A DNA stretch of 64,000 bases from a virus (IMGVR_UViG_3300042880_000420:45033-109032), one strand, 5' to 3'; shown: positions 51,387-59,679, counted from the first letter of the stretch. Numbers and translations: made by a program. The notes: a model not told the origin generated them from the letters alone.

Positions 51387-51899
51387 TTACTGATCGTATG
51401 CTAATCTTTGATTTCCTCTAACTGTAGTAGATTGTTCTTCTTGAAGATCACGAAGTGTACCTTTAAATGATTGTCTAATAGCTTCATATTTAGAAGCAGC
51501 ATTAATAAGAGCTGTAATGTTTCCATCTCTACCATGCTCTATTTCTGTTGTTTCCATGTACTTAGCTAGTCTATCCAACATTGCTTTAATTCCCATATAC
51601 GCTCTCACTGTAGGAGTTTCATATAATTTTTTTGCTACTTCAAGAGCATTTGTAATTAATTCATCATCAGAATCAAATTCTCCACCCACTTCTCTTCTTA
51701 CTAATTCTTCTTTGTCTACTTCCGGTACATCAAAAAATGGATTTAAATCTGGATTAGGACATGATAGATAAAATATATAAGCAAATATATTAGAAGACTC
51801 TTCTGGATAAGTATCTATAATTTGCTTAAAAGAAACAATTGTATAACAATGTTCAGAAGGAATCACCTTATTATTACTAATATCAAATAATCTTATCAT
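51387..51899 (-). CDS. Conserved protein upstream of terL, candidate terminase small subunit
   Basis: Helical, 170 aa, C-terminal VRGNQRLAYDQ; position. Confidence 0.45.
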   Translation of the reverse strand: MIRLFDISNNKVIPSEHCYTIVSFKQIIDTYPEESSNIFAYIFYLSCPNPDLNPFFDVPEVDKEELVRREVGGEFDSDDELITNALEVAKKLYETPTVRAYMGIKAMLDRLAKYMETTEIEHGRDGNITALINAASKYEAIRQSFKGTLRDLQEEQSTTVRGNQRLAYDQ

Positions 51900-52090
51900 A
51901 GCGTAATTAATTGATTTTTATCTAATGAAAGTTCATAATCATAAAACCTATCGGTGTTATTATCTCTACCAACAAAATAAAGTATATCATTTTTTGTAAG
52001 CATTATTCCATTAATAATTCCCACTTGTTGTTCTTTATCGGTAATGACATAGACATGTTCACCAATGTTAAATTTATTTTCTATTCTCAT
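51896..52090 (-). CDS. Small SH3-like hypothetical protein
   Basis: NKFNIGEHVYV; ATGA overlaps. Confidence 0.6.
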   Translation of the reverse strand: MRIENKFNIGEHVYVITDKEQQVGIINGIMLTKNDILYFVGRDNNTDRFYDYELSLDKNQLITL

Positions 52091-52326
52091 AATTGTAAAA
52101 ATTTAGAAGCATCTTGTTCATCATCAATTAATTCTACAAGATAATCAAATTTGTTAAATTCTGTAGGAACAAATCGCATTGCTGTTACATGTAACGTGTC
52201 TTTTCCATCTGTAACAAACTTATGAAGATATTTATTTTTTACATCATGAAGATTACATCCTTTGCAAGATGTAATAGTCCAACTATTATCATCTTTAATT
52301 AATGGTGTTACATTAATTTTTTCCAT
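52087..52326 (-). CDS. Hypothetical protein (79 aa)
   Basis: ORF track; overlaps neighbours. Confidence 0.55.
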   Translation of the reverse strand: MEKINVTPLIKDDNSWTITSCKGCNLHDVKNKYLHKFVTDGKDTLHVTAMRFVPTEFNKFDYLVELIDDEQDASKFLQL

Positions 52327-53140
52327 TTTTTAAATCTTTTAAATAATTAATAAGTAATATTACTTCTTGTTTTAAATATGGTACATTATATTGTACAATC
52401 TCTTGTACAATAGGATTACCATCTCTGTCTATCTCCACAATTGGATTACCGAATTTATCCTTGTCTACTTGTTTAAATATAATGTGATGAAGATTCATCT
52501 CTCCAGGTTTATATAAAGGATTGTGCTTAATAATCATATACATGTACATACTAAGTTGTAATGCATAATGATTAAAATTAGAATCATCTAAATGATTAAC
52601 AGGAGCTGACATCTTTTGACTCTTTCCTGAATAATCTCTAAATGATTCTTTTTTAATTTCTTTGTTAGTTTTAAAATCTATGATATTCACTTTTTTATTG
52701 ACCACCTCTACAAGATCAGATTGACCACAAAGTCCTACAGATTTTAAATACACCATATGTTCTGGATAAATACCCTCTGTAAGTTTTTGTTCTGGTGCAT
52801 TCTTACTGCCATCTATATTTGTGTTGGGAGCATAAATAGGAATATTAACACCTTCTCTGCCAATATATTCAAGACCGCATATATCAGCTTCTCTTTGATT
52901 GTGATACCATGTGCCAAGATCCGTTGCTCTTTTAGCCTCAGTTTTCCAAGTATCTTTGATATCTTCTGGATTCATCCCATACCACTTTGATTTTTTAGAC
53001 CTACTCACTTTTAAAGCTGTAGCATCTGCATCAAATGGTTGTTTAAATTTAGATATAAAACTTGTTACAGAAGTCCATTCTATATCTGCTCCATCTATAG
53101 AGACATATTTATGTAATTCTGGTATAAATTGTAAAGCCAT
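52313..53140 (-). CDS. PD-(D/E)XK (Cas4/RecB-like) nuclease
   Basis: SVTSFI, GTWYH, EHMV, GQSDL, IIDFKT, YALQLSMY; start reassigned to MALQF at 53140. Confidence 0.82.
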   Translation of the reverse strand: MALQFIPELHKYVSIDGADIEWTSVTSFISKFKQPFDADATALKVSRSKKSKWYGMNPEDIKDTWKTEAKRATDLGTWYHNQREADICGLEYIGREGVNIPIYAPNTNIDGSKNAPEQKLTEGIYPEHMVYLKSVGLCGQSDLVEVVNKKVNIIDFKTNKEIKKESFRDYSGKSQKMSAPVNHLDDSNFNHYALQLSMYMYMIIKHNPLYKPGEMNLHHIIFKQVDKDKFGNPIVEIDRDGNPIVQEIVQYNVPYLKQEVILLINYLKDLKNGKN

Positions 53141-53142
53141 AA

Positions 53143-53457
53143 TTATAATTGTTGGTTTAACATATCCTCTTCTTTTTCTGTTAAAATAGCTTTCCATTTA
53201 GGAATAGGAAGAGGACATCCTGAACTTAATGCTCTTGTTTTCAATGACAAACTACATCCACAACCTCCAGTATTCTTATTGCAACATGGTGCTGTACCAG
53301 GTACCAAGCACCCTGTACCCTCATCATCATAATTAATACATTTTTTACATAAATTTAATCTAGCATATGCAATTTCTTCAACATGTTCTTTCTTAAATAT
53401 GTTGTTTCTTATACCTTCAAGAATTGACTTTCTATTATTAAATATTTGTTTTAGCAT
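53143..53457 (-). CDS. Cys-rich Zn-binding protein
   Basis: RLNLCKKC...CC...CGC...K.R...CP...KW. Confidence 0.65.
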   Translation of the reverse strand: MLKQIFNNRKSILEGIRNNIFKKEHVEEIAYARLNLCKKCINYDDEGTGCLVPGTAPCCNKNTGGCGCSLSLKTRALSSGCPLPIPKWKAILTEKEEDMLNQQL

Positions 53458-53824
53458 AATTTCTTTTTCGATGTATTTTTATAAATTCTTTTCGTTGCAT
53501 TTCACTTTTACACATATCCATCATTTTTTCAATGTAAGTTAATTTATTACGTAATTGTTCTATAATCAACTCACTGCGTTTAGACCCACGTTGTGCTATA
53601 CTATCTATCATAAAAAGATATTTCTCCTTTTCTTTTTCTAATATCCAATGCTTTATAGTAAAATTACCAAAAGCACTGACATGTACAATAGGAGCTTTTA
53701 ATTCTGAAAGAGCACCTCGTACATCTTTCCAATATGTTGTTACAATATCGTTAACAATATTTACAGGTAGATTTAACTCCATTGCTGTAGATACAATAAG
53801 GTCTTTAGCTTTTGTTGGTTTCAA
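53438..53824 (-). CDS. HU/IHF-like DNA-binding protein (TTG start)
   Basis: KDLIVSTAMELNLP...VHVSAFGNFTIK. Confidence 0.7.
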   Translation of the reverse strand: MKPTKAKDLIVSTAMELNLPVNIVNDIVTTYWKDVRGALSELKAPIVHVSAFGNFTIKHWILEKEKEKYLFMIDSIAQRGSKRSELIIEQLRNKLTYIEKMMDMCKSEMQRKEFIKIHRKRNYAKTNI

Positions 53825-54179
53825 CAGAAAGAAAATTATAGTTTAATAATACGTTACCATCCTTAACAACTCCTATAGCATCATCAATAGAAAGTTTCTT
53901 TCTATTCTTTCCTTTCTTTGTGACAATACCCTTTTTTTCTAATTTATTTAAAGAGTTTCTTACACTTTGAGGTGTTTTGAAAATGTTCATTTCACATGCT
54001 TTTTTACAAAGAACATTAAGTTCATTGACATTATCATCTGTAGCAAGAAGTACAAGACATTCTATTTCAGCATCAGATAGATGAAGTTTATTAAAAAAGC
54101 AATAAGTGAGTAGTTGATATTTCACAACTTCCCACTTAGTCATAACACATTTTTTCAACACTTGGTTTACTTGTGTCAT
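53805..54179 (-). CDS. Winged-HTH protein
   Basis: TPQSVRNSLNKLEKKGIVTKKG. Confidence 0.65.
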   Translation of the reverse strand: MTQVNQVLKKCVMTKWEVVKYQLLTYCFFNKLHLSDAEIECLVLLATDDNVNELNVLCKKACEMNIFKTPQSVRNSLNKLEKKGIVTKKGKNRKKLSIDDAIGVVKDGNVLLNYNFLSVETNKS

Positions 54180-54183
54180 TCTA

Positions 54184-54537
54184 TTACTTTTTTAATGCTC
54201 TATTAGATATAGGTGCTTTTTTCTCCTCTTTATCAGCAATCTCTGTTGGAATGCCTATTACATCACCCACCTTTAAACCTTGTTCCTTTAATTCTGGGTT
54301 GGCTTCAAGATCTTCTTCTGTAAGGGTGTGTTCTGCAACAGCATTAGAACCTTCATGTGGGGTAGAAATTTGAGCAATTGTATACATTGCTTTTACATAT
54401 TCTGCACGTGCAACAGCAATCCTTGTATCAAGCTCTTGTAATTCAGCTTGTACTTTCTTAAATTCAATTTGCTCTTGCATCCATGTAAGCATTTGCTCCT
54501 TTGTAGGAGCTGCATCTTGTTTTTGTTGGTTTTCCAT
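54184..54537 (-). CDS. Hypothetical protein (117 aa), first gene of the packaging operon
   Basis: Coiled coil plus HTLTEEDLEANPELKEQGLKVGDVI module. Confidence 0.65.
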   Translation of the reverse strand: MENQQKQDAAPTKEQMLTWMQEQIEFKKVQAELQELDTRIAVARAEYVKAMYTIAQISTPHEGSNAVAEHTLTEEDLEANPELKEQGLKVGDVIGIPTEIADKEEKKAPISNRALKK

Positions 54538-54557
54538 TATGTTTTGTTTTTAAAGTA

Positions 54558-54589
54558 CAAATATATATAGAAAGTTTAAACTTTCCAAA
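54558..54589 (-). promoter_or_regulatory. Bacteroidota-type sigma promoter with operator palindrome in the spacer
   Basis: TTTG-N20-TATATTTG on the minus strand; GAAAGTTTAAACTTTC at 54570-54585. Confidence 0.7.
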
Positions 54590-54755
54590 TTTATTTGAAT
54601 ATTAAACAACACCTTAATTACAGAGGCATATATAACCTTCACATTCAGGGCAGCAAATTGGGGAGCAAATTATTTCTTTCATATAATTAATATAACAACA
54701 TTATAGAAGAAACACAAATAATTTATACCTTTTTATATTATAAAAAACCATTATA

Positions 54756-54793
54756 TGTCCCAAAACGGGACAAAACTGTCCCAAAACGGGACA
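54756..54793. repeat. Two tandem palindromic iteron-like units
   Basis: TGTCCC-AAAAC-GGGACA at 54756 and 54777 (21-bp period). Confidence 0.85.
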
Positions 54794-54799
54794 AGAGTG

Positions 54800-54822
54800 T
54801 ATTGATAATCAATGAGTTATGA
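54800..54822 (+). repeat. 23-bp direct repeat, copy 1
   Basis: TATTGATAATCAATGAGTTATGA; 21/23 identical to 56002-56024. Confidence 0.75.
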
Positions 54823-54854
54823 CACTTCTCTATTTAATATTTCTAAGAATAATC

Positions 54855-55349
54855 TTAACTTAATAATTTAGAAATCTTTGTATTAGCAAATTGTACAAAT
54901 ATACTATCTGATTTAAGCTTTCCTTTCCAAGAAATATATGGATTTAAAATCCAATATTCAGAAATTTCTGTTTCGTGTATTCTGATATGAGCATAAACCC
55001 CCCATTCAAATAACTTCTTAAATATCCCCCCCACCTTATTCTTACCAATATTAAATTCCTCAGCTAACACCCTAATAGAAGTTTCATCAGAAAATGGTTT
55101 AAGACTATTTGTATTAAAACAAGCTTTCTCTATCATCTTATAAACAATACCAAGTTCTTCATTACTAAGAACTGTAGATAGCACTCTAATAGCATCATTG
55201 TTTACTAATGAAAAATTATTATAATTTAATAAAGACTTATCCTTAGGTATATTACTATATCCCTTTTTTACAAAAGATATTTCTCCGGTTTGTGCGTTAA
55301 CTTTAGCAGCCAACTCATCATCTTTCAATTTAACATTTATATTATACAT
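54855..55349 (-). CDS. RepL-like winged-helix replication/DNA-binding protein
   Basis: SIRVLAEEFNIGKNKVGGIFKKLFEWGV wHTH; YWILNPYISWKG RepL-type motif; start at 55349 lies just after a TATCTTTG -7 box. Confidence 0.65.
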   Translation of the reverse strand: MYNINVKLKDDELAAKVNAQTGEISFVKKGYSNIPKDKSLLNYNNFSLVNNDAIRVLSTVLSNEELGIVYKMIEKACFNTNSLKPFSDETSIRVLAEEFNIGKNKVGGIFKKLFEWGVYAHIRIHETEISEYWILNPYISWKGKLKSDSIFVQFANTKISKLLS

Positions 55350-55353
55350 ACAA

Positions 55354-55361
55354 CAAAGATA
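55354..55361 (-). promoter_or_regulatory. Bacteroidota -7 element (TATCTTTG), implying a near-leaderless RepL transcript
   Basis: TAnnTTTG 4 nt upstream of ATG 55349. Confidence 0.55.
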
Positions 55362-55608
55362 TAACAAAAACTATTATAATTATTTTTTATAAAATTTAAT
55401 TAATTGTAAATGATATATCCCCCATATGATAACACACAATATAACTCCCCCAGGCATGCTTATGTTTGGAGATTTTTATAAAGTTTTAAAATATAAGATT
55501 TTGACATGTAATTTATTTTGTAATAGAGGGTGTAATGGGTATTTCCAAAAAATACCCCTACTCTGTTTTGGTGGTGATATTACCCCCATAATCTTAAATT
55601 CTTATTTT

Positions 55609-55893
55609 ATGAATCCTATCCAAGCCGTAATTGTTTCAATCAATGACGTTGTTAAAACCAAAACCAATGGTAAGTCCTATGTGACTTGCAAGGTGGAATT
55701 CCCTAACGGAAAAACTTGGTTTGCTCAGCGGACGCTGGGTGAAAACAAGGCAGTCATTCATGTCGGTCAAACAGTCACGTGTATTCCAAGTGTCATCGTA
55801 GATGCGGAAGGTAAAAACCAACCTTTCTTGGAAATCTCCACGGGAGTTTCAGTGAGCAGTAAGGAGGAAATCCTTGCAATGCTTGGACTGTAA
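55609..55893 (+). CDS. OB-fold-like protein (94 aa), possible SSB
   Basis: MNPIQAVIVSIN...KTNGKSYVTCKVEF...VGQTVTC all-beta pattern; start reassigned from 55426. Confidence 0.55.
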   Translation: MNPIQAVIVSINDVVKTKTNGKSYVTCKVEFPNGKTWFAQRTLGENKAVIHVGQTVTCIPSVIVDAEGKNQPFLEISTGVSVSSKEEILAMLGL

Positions 55894-55904
55894 TAGTCCA
55901 ACAT

Positions 55905-55942
55905 AAAACACACACAGCAGAAATGTTGTGTGTGTTTTTTTT
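55905..55942 (+). terminator. Intrinsic terminator
   Basis: AAAACACACACAGCA-GAAA-TGTTGTGTGTGTTTT followed by a T run. Confidence 0.85.
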
Positions 55943-55952
55943 ATTTGTTTAT

Positions 55953-55981
55953 ATATTCCTACGAATATTCCTACGAATATT
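55953..55981. repeat. 12-bp tandem repeat, 2.4 copies
   Basis: ATATTCCTACGA ATATTCCTACGA ATATT. Confidence 0.8.
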
Positions 55982-56001
55982 TTTAATAAAACATTACAAC
56001 T

Positions 56002-56024
56002 TATTGATTATCAATTAGTTATGA
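56002..56024 (+). repeat. 23-bp direct repeat, copy 2, part of an imperfect palindrome
   Basis: TATTGATTATCAATTAGTTATGA; overlaps AACTTATTGAT-T-ATCAATTAGTT. Confidence 0.75.
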
Positions 56025-56028
56025 TGTA

Positions 56029-56044
56029 TGTTCCACGTGAAACA
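56029..56044. promoter_or_regulatory. parS: parS centromere-like site
   Basis: TGTTCCACGTGAAACA, exact match to the bacterial consensus TGTTNCACGTGAAACA; intergenic. Confidence 0.85.
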
Positions 56045-56702
56045 TTTGTTTTTTTGTTAGTTGTGTGAGTGTGTTTATAAGTGGTAAACAACTCACACAC
56101 TGTTTCTTAATATAAACGAATACTTAGATTCCACAAAAAACTTGCGGCATTAAATAGCTATAGACTGAAATGTTCCTTTACACAGTCTTTAAATAAATGT
56201 ATAAATACAATTGCTGCATGGTAGCTCAAAGCAAGTTGTTAATTCAACCAACATTCTTTTTAGTATTATTTTTCTTATATGGGATAAAGCATAGAAAAAA
56301 TATACACCTTTTACAATAAGCACTACAAAGGAAGGCATTCCTAGTAGTAAAAGAAAACAATAGTATATCACTGCATACTGTTGTTTCTGCTTTTATTAAA
56401 AATTAGTCATAAAAAAAGACTAATACTACTATGTAAAAAAAATTATTAAATTCCTGAAAGTATTTCCAAATGTAGTGATTAGGAAAAAGGATAGGGGCTT
56501 GTGGTTAAACTGTAGACTACGAGCAAGAGCAGTGGTGTTGATATCTTCCTTATAGATATTATTATAACAAATAATAGAGAAGTACGAATTACAACCTCAA
56601 TTGTAATTAAAAGAAAAAGTAAGTGTGAGAAGCTTATAAATATCTTTTGTATTATATATAGATGTACACTATATGTAAGATTTTATCTATTATTTGTTAT
56701 AA

Positions 56703-56762
56703 TTTCTGTCCATAAACTGTTGTTTATGCTGATGATGACCTAATTGAGGGTCGAAACAGAAA
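56703..56762 (+). ncRNA. Type III hammerhead ribozyme
   Basis: Stem III UUUCUGU/ACAGAAA; GUC cleavage triplet (cut after 56710); stem I CAUAAAC/GUUUAUG; core CUGAUGA(U); stem II GACC/GGUC; GAAA. Confidence 0.9.
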
Positions 56763-56781
56763 CCTTTTTAAATTTAAAACA

Positions 56782-57117
56782 ATGGAAACAATCAATGTTT
56801 ATTCCGCATTTAGTCATGTATTTAGTACTTCAAAAGAAAATACAGATATTCATTACTATGAATCAAAATATGTTAAAGCTCCTAACAATCATGTTATATG
56901 TATTGATAGTGCAAGAGAAGAAGCTCATAGTGCTAAATTTAATTCTATTATAGGTAAAACATTTCAACCTGAATATAGAATTGAATTATGGGCTACTAAA
57001 ACATTTGAAGAAAGAAAAAAACAAGATTTTATTAATCTTCAAATGAAACGTCAGATAATTCATTATTGTGATGGTACTCATAAAATTGTTGAACTTAAAG
57101 ATTTGCAATTAATATGA
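56782..57117 (+). CDS. Hypothetical early protein (111 aa)
   Basis: ORF track; A-rich leader. Confidence 0.65.
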   Translation: METINVYSAFSHVFSTSKENTDIHYYESKYVKAPNNHVICIDSAREEAHSAKFNSIIGKTFQPEYRIELWATKTFEERKKQDFINLQMKRQIIHYCDGTHKIVELKDLQLI

Positions 57118-57371
57118 GTAAAGAAATAGTTTACTGAAAACAACGTAATGGTGTATTAATATCTATATATGATATGGATATTAATCACCTTCGTAATGTG
57201 TTAAAACTAATCATCAAAAATAAAAACAGATTAAAAGCTACTTTAAATGAAAAACTTGAAAAAGAAAAACATATAAAAGCAGCTAATAACTTTGTTTTAC
57301 ATGGTGATATGGCTCAAGAATTTCATGAATCTTATTTATCTGATGAAGATGATGATAGATTTGATGATTAA
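57114..57371 (+). pseudogene. Small phage gene with in-frame TGA at codon 8 (alternatively a 65-aa CDS from 57174)
   Basis: ATG overlapping the upstream stop (ATGA): MSKEIVY*KQRNGVLISIYDMDINHLRN... Confidence 0.5.
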
Positions 57372-57794
57372 TTTATTCCCAATGTAAACATTTTGTAATA
57401 CATAGGCATAAGACTACAGTTGTGGTTATAAATCCATACAGAGTTTAATTAACTCCAAGGTGGTATATTTATGTCTGGTATGCTAACACTTCAATCATTT
57501 AGCTAATGATTTGTGGAAACCACTATACATTTTAAGCTTGTTAACGGAAATCCTGTTATGGGTATTCTTACTGAACCTTCATGATAAAAAAGTCCATAGA
57601 CTTGTAGGTTGTGTAAAGGTAACAATGTATGTGTATTACAACTGAGTGCAGAGGGATACATGTTTACATATTGTAATAAGTTTGTACAGACTTCTTTAGG
57701 GCCACAATCCTTAGAATGCAAAATAACTACGGGGGTTTTGTGTTACAATTATGTAAATAAAAATTTTTTAAACTCAAAAAACAATATATATATT

Positions 57795-58067
57795 ATGACA
57801 AACACATTACAAATTAGTCAGTTGACAAAACATTCTTTATCATCTACTGATAATATGTATAATTTTCTATTAGGTATTACATCTGATGGATTATATATAT
57901 TAAATATGGATAAGACATTATTATTAGAAGTAATAGTTGATGGTAATTCTAATGATTGTACAGTATGTTCTGCTCCTAATGAAGATGCTTTCTTAGATGC
58001 TATTCTTTTTATTAAGAAAGTTCTTAAAGATGGTTATAATCCTTTGGAGGTTATTAAATTTCATTAA
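57795..58067 (+). CDS. Hypothetical protein (90 aa)
   Basis: Start reassigned to MTNTLQ after an A-rich leader. Confidence 0.55.
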   Translation: MTNTLQISQLTKHSLSSTDNMYNFLLGITSDGLYILNMDKTLLLEVIVDGNSNDCTVCSAPNEDAFLDAILFIKKVLKDGYNPLEVIKFH

Positions 58068-58115
58068 ACATTTCTTTGATTCAAAGGGGAGGGATGACCC
58101 ACCCTTTGAATTTTT
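58065..58115 (+). terminator. Repeated post-stop hairpin, copy 1
   Basis: TAAACATTT then ATTCAAAGGG/CCCTTTGAAT and a T run. Confidence 0.55.
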
Positions 58116-58315
58116 CATAACAGGTTTGTAGATGGACTACAAACTTTAAACCCAACATAAAAACACAGATGATAATGTGTATAATAATGTAAACAAAACT
58201 CAACAGTGTCATACCAGGATTATTCTTATCAATTAATCTGTAGACCAAAACTTAAAAACAAGGTGCATTGGTAGTGCTATACCTTGTTTATTTTTAAACT
58301 TAAAAACTCAAAAAA

Positions 58316-58627
58316 ATGAACTTTAAAAACAACGATACTTATGACATGTATTGGTTATTTAATTCAAATAATTCTGAAGATGAAACAACTAGTATTTTTA
58401 ATATAGATGATTTCTACAAAGAAGTTAAATTTGAAATTGGTAAAACATACACTTTTAAAGTTAATGACTTATCAAATATAAATGACAATTCAGATGAAAC
58501 CAAAGATGATTATATACAATACATCAAAGACAAAAATAAAATTACAATTTTAATTAATTGGATGGAAGTTTGTAGTTCAGATGAAGATGGTATAGACTGC
58601 AACGTAGGATTTTCTTTTGTAAACTAA
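58316..58627 (+). CDS. Hypothetical acidic protein (103 aa)
   Basis: ORF track. Confidence 0.6.
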   Translation: MNFKNNDTYDMYWLFNSNNSEDETTSIFNIDDFYKEVKFEIGKTYTFKVNDLSNINDNSDETKDDYIQYIKDKNKITILINWMEVCSSDEDGIDCNVGFSFVN

Positions 58628-58640
58628 TAAATATTTAATT

Positions 58641-59153
58641 ATGGAAACAAAATTCATTGAAGAAACTAATGAACAATATTCTATTAGAGAAGATGGTGTT
58701 GTAATACAACATTATAAATTTACTTGGGCAGGTAACATTACGTATAAAGAAAGTTTTCTTAAAAAACATGTTAAAAATCATTGTGTATTTTTAAGAAAAA
58801 ATAAAAAAAATATAAGTTTGAGTATAAATACTTTATTGTTAAAGTATTTTAATTACAAATTATGTATAAGATGTTTTAATAAAATACATAATGAAAAAGA
58901 AATTTATTGTATTCCTTGTAAAAAAGAAGCCACAAAAATATCTAATGCAAAATCTCGTCATAAATTTTTATATAGAAAACCTATTTATGATAAAAAAATG
59001 AGAGAGAATATAACAAGAGCTTATGCATCAACTATGTTAAAAATACCAACACATGATATACCTGATGATATGTACAATCTTTATAAAGCAAATTTAAATA
59101 ACAAACGTTTGTTATCAAAAAAAACAGGATTACATTTTAATAATTTTAAATAA
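58641..59153 (+). CDS. Basic protein with NUMOD4-like N-terminus and CxxC...CxxC Zn finger
   Basis: FIEETNEQYSIREDGVV; CIRC...CIPC. Confidence 0.55.
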   Translation: METKFIEETNEQYSIREDGVVIQHYKFTWAGNITYKESFLKKHVKNHCVFLRKNKKNISLSINTLLLKYFNYKLCIRCFNKIHNEKEIYCIPCKKEATKISNAKSRHKFLYRKPIYDKKMRENITRAYASTMLKIPTHDIPDDMYNLYKANLNNKRLLSKKTGLHFNNFK

Positions 59154-59171
59154 AAACAAAAATTCAAAAAC

Positions 59172-59369
59172 ATGGTAGCACCTAAAAATTACAAAGAATT
59201 AACTGACAAAATGTTACAGTTATTTACAGACATTTTAGAAGAAAAAATCTCCATTGATAAAGCAAATGCAATGGTTAAAACATCTAATGGTATTGTAAAC
59301 ATTCAAAGAACTAAAATATTATCTACTAGAGTAACTGGTGATAAAGAAATTAAATTTTTTAAAGACTAA
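59172..59369 (+). CDS. Hypothetical helical protein (65 aa)
   Basis: ORF track. Confidence 0.6.
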   Translation: MVAPKNYKELTDKMLQLFTDILEEKISIDKANAMVKTSNGIVNIQRTKILSTRVTGDKEIKFFKD

Positions 59370-59373
59370 AATC

Positions 59374-59604
59374 ATGAAAACAAAATATTCAAGCACAAGA
59401 TTTCTTTTAGAATACATTACAATATTGTTACTTACTTACTTATTAGCATCAGGTATTGTTGCTTTTATAGGTAATATATCATACAGGGAAATATTATGTT
59501 CTCCTGGACAAATGTATGCACTTATGTTATTATACTGGTGGATACCAATATTTAGAATGTCTGATATGCAAGACCACAATAACAGTTGTCCTGAAAGATA
59601 TTAA
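59374..59604 (+). CDS. Small membrane protein
   Basis: Two hydrophobic segments; start reassigned to MKTKYSS. Confidence 0.6.
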   Translation: MKTKYSSTRFLLEYITILLLTYLLASGIVAFIGNISYREILCSPGQMYALMLLYWWIPIFRMSDMQDHNNSCPERY

Positions 59605-59651
59605 ACATTTTTTTGAGTTAAGGGGGGAGATTACATCAAACCCTTTAACTT
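59602..59651 (+). terminator. Repeated post-stop hairpin, copy 2
   Basis: TAAACATTT then GAGTTAAGGGG/CCCTTTAACTT. Confidence 0.5.
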
Positions 59652-59679
59652 ATTATTAACAATTTAAAAAATAATTAAT

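Noticed and set aside
52313-53140. Cas4 / CRISPR system
   Set aside because: Solo PD-(D/E)XK nuclease without the Cas4 Fe-S cysteines; no repeat-spacer array seen
1888-54373. Many plus-strand and nested short ORFs in the track (e.g. 1888-2106, 33026-33595, 43745-44224)
   Set aside because: Antisense or off-frame shadows of long minus-strand genes, with no motifs and typical shadow composition
55426-55608. N-terminal extension of the OB-fold ORF, and similar extensions at 53197, 55367, 57609, 59338, 61291 and 63090
   Set aside because: They overlap promoters or neighbouring genes; downstream starts have better A-rich leaders or coupling
56210-56260. tRNA gene (GGTAGCTCA)
   Set aside because: No T-arm or cloverleaf can be built
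58165-58195. dif (XerCD) site
   Set aside because: ATAA-TGTGTA resembles the centre, but the right arm does not match TTATGTTAAAT
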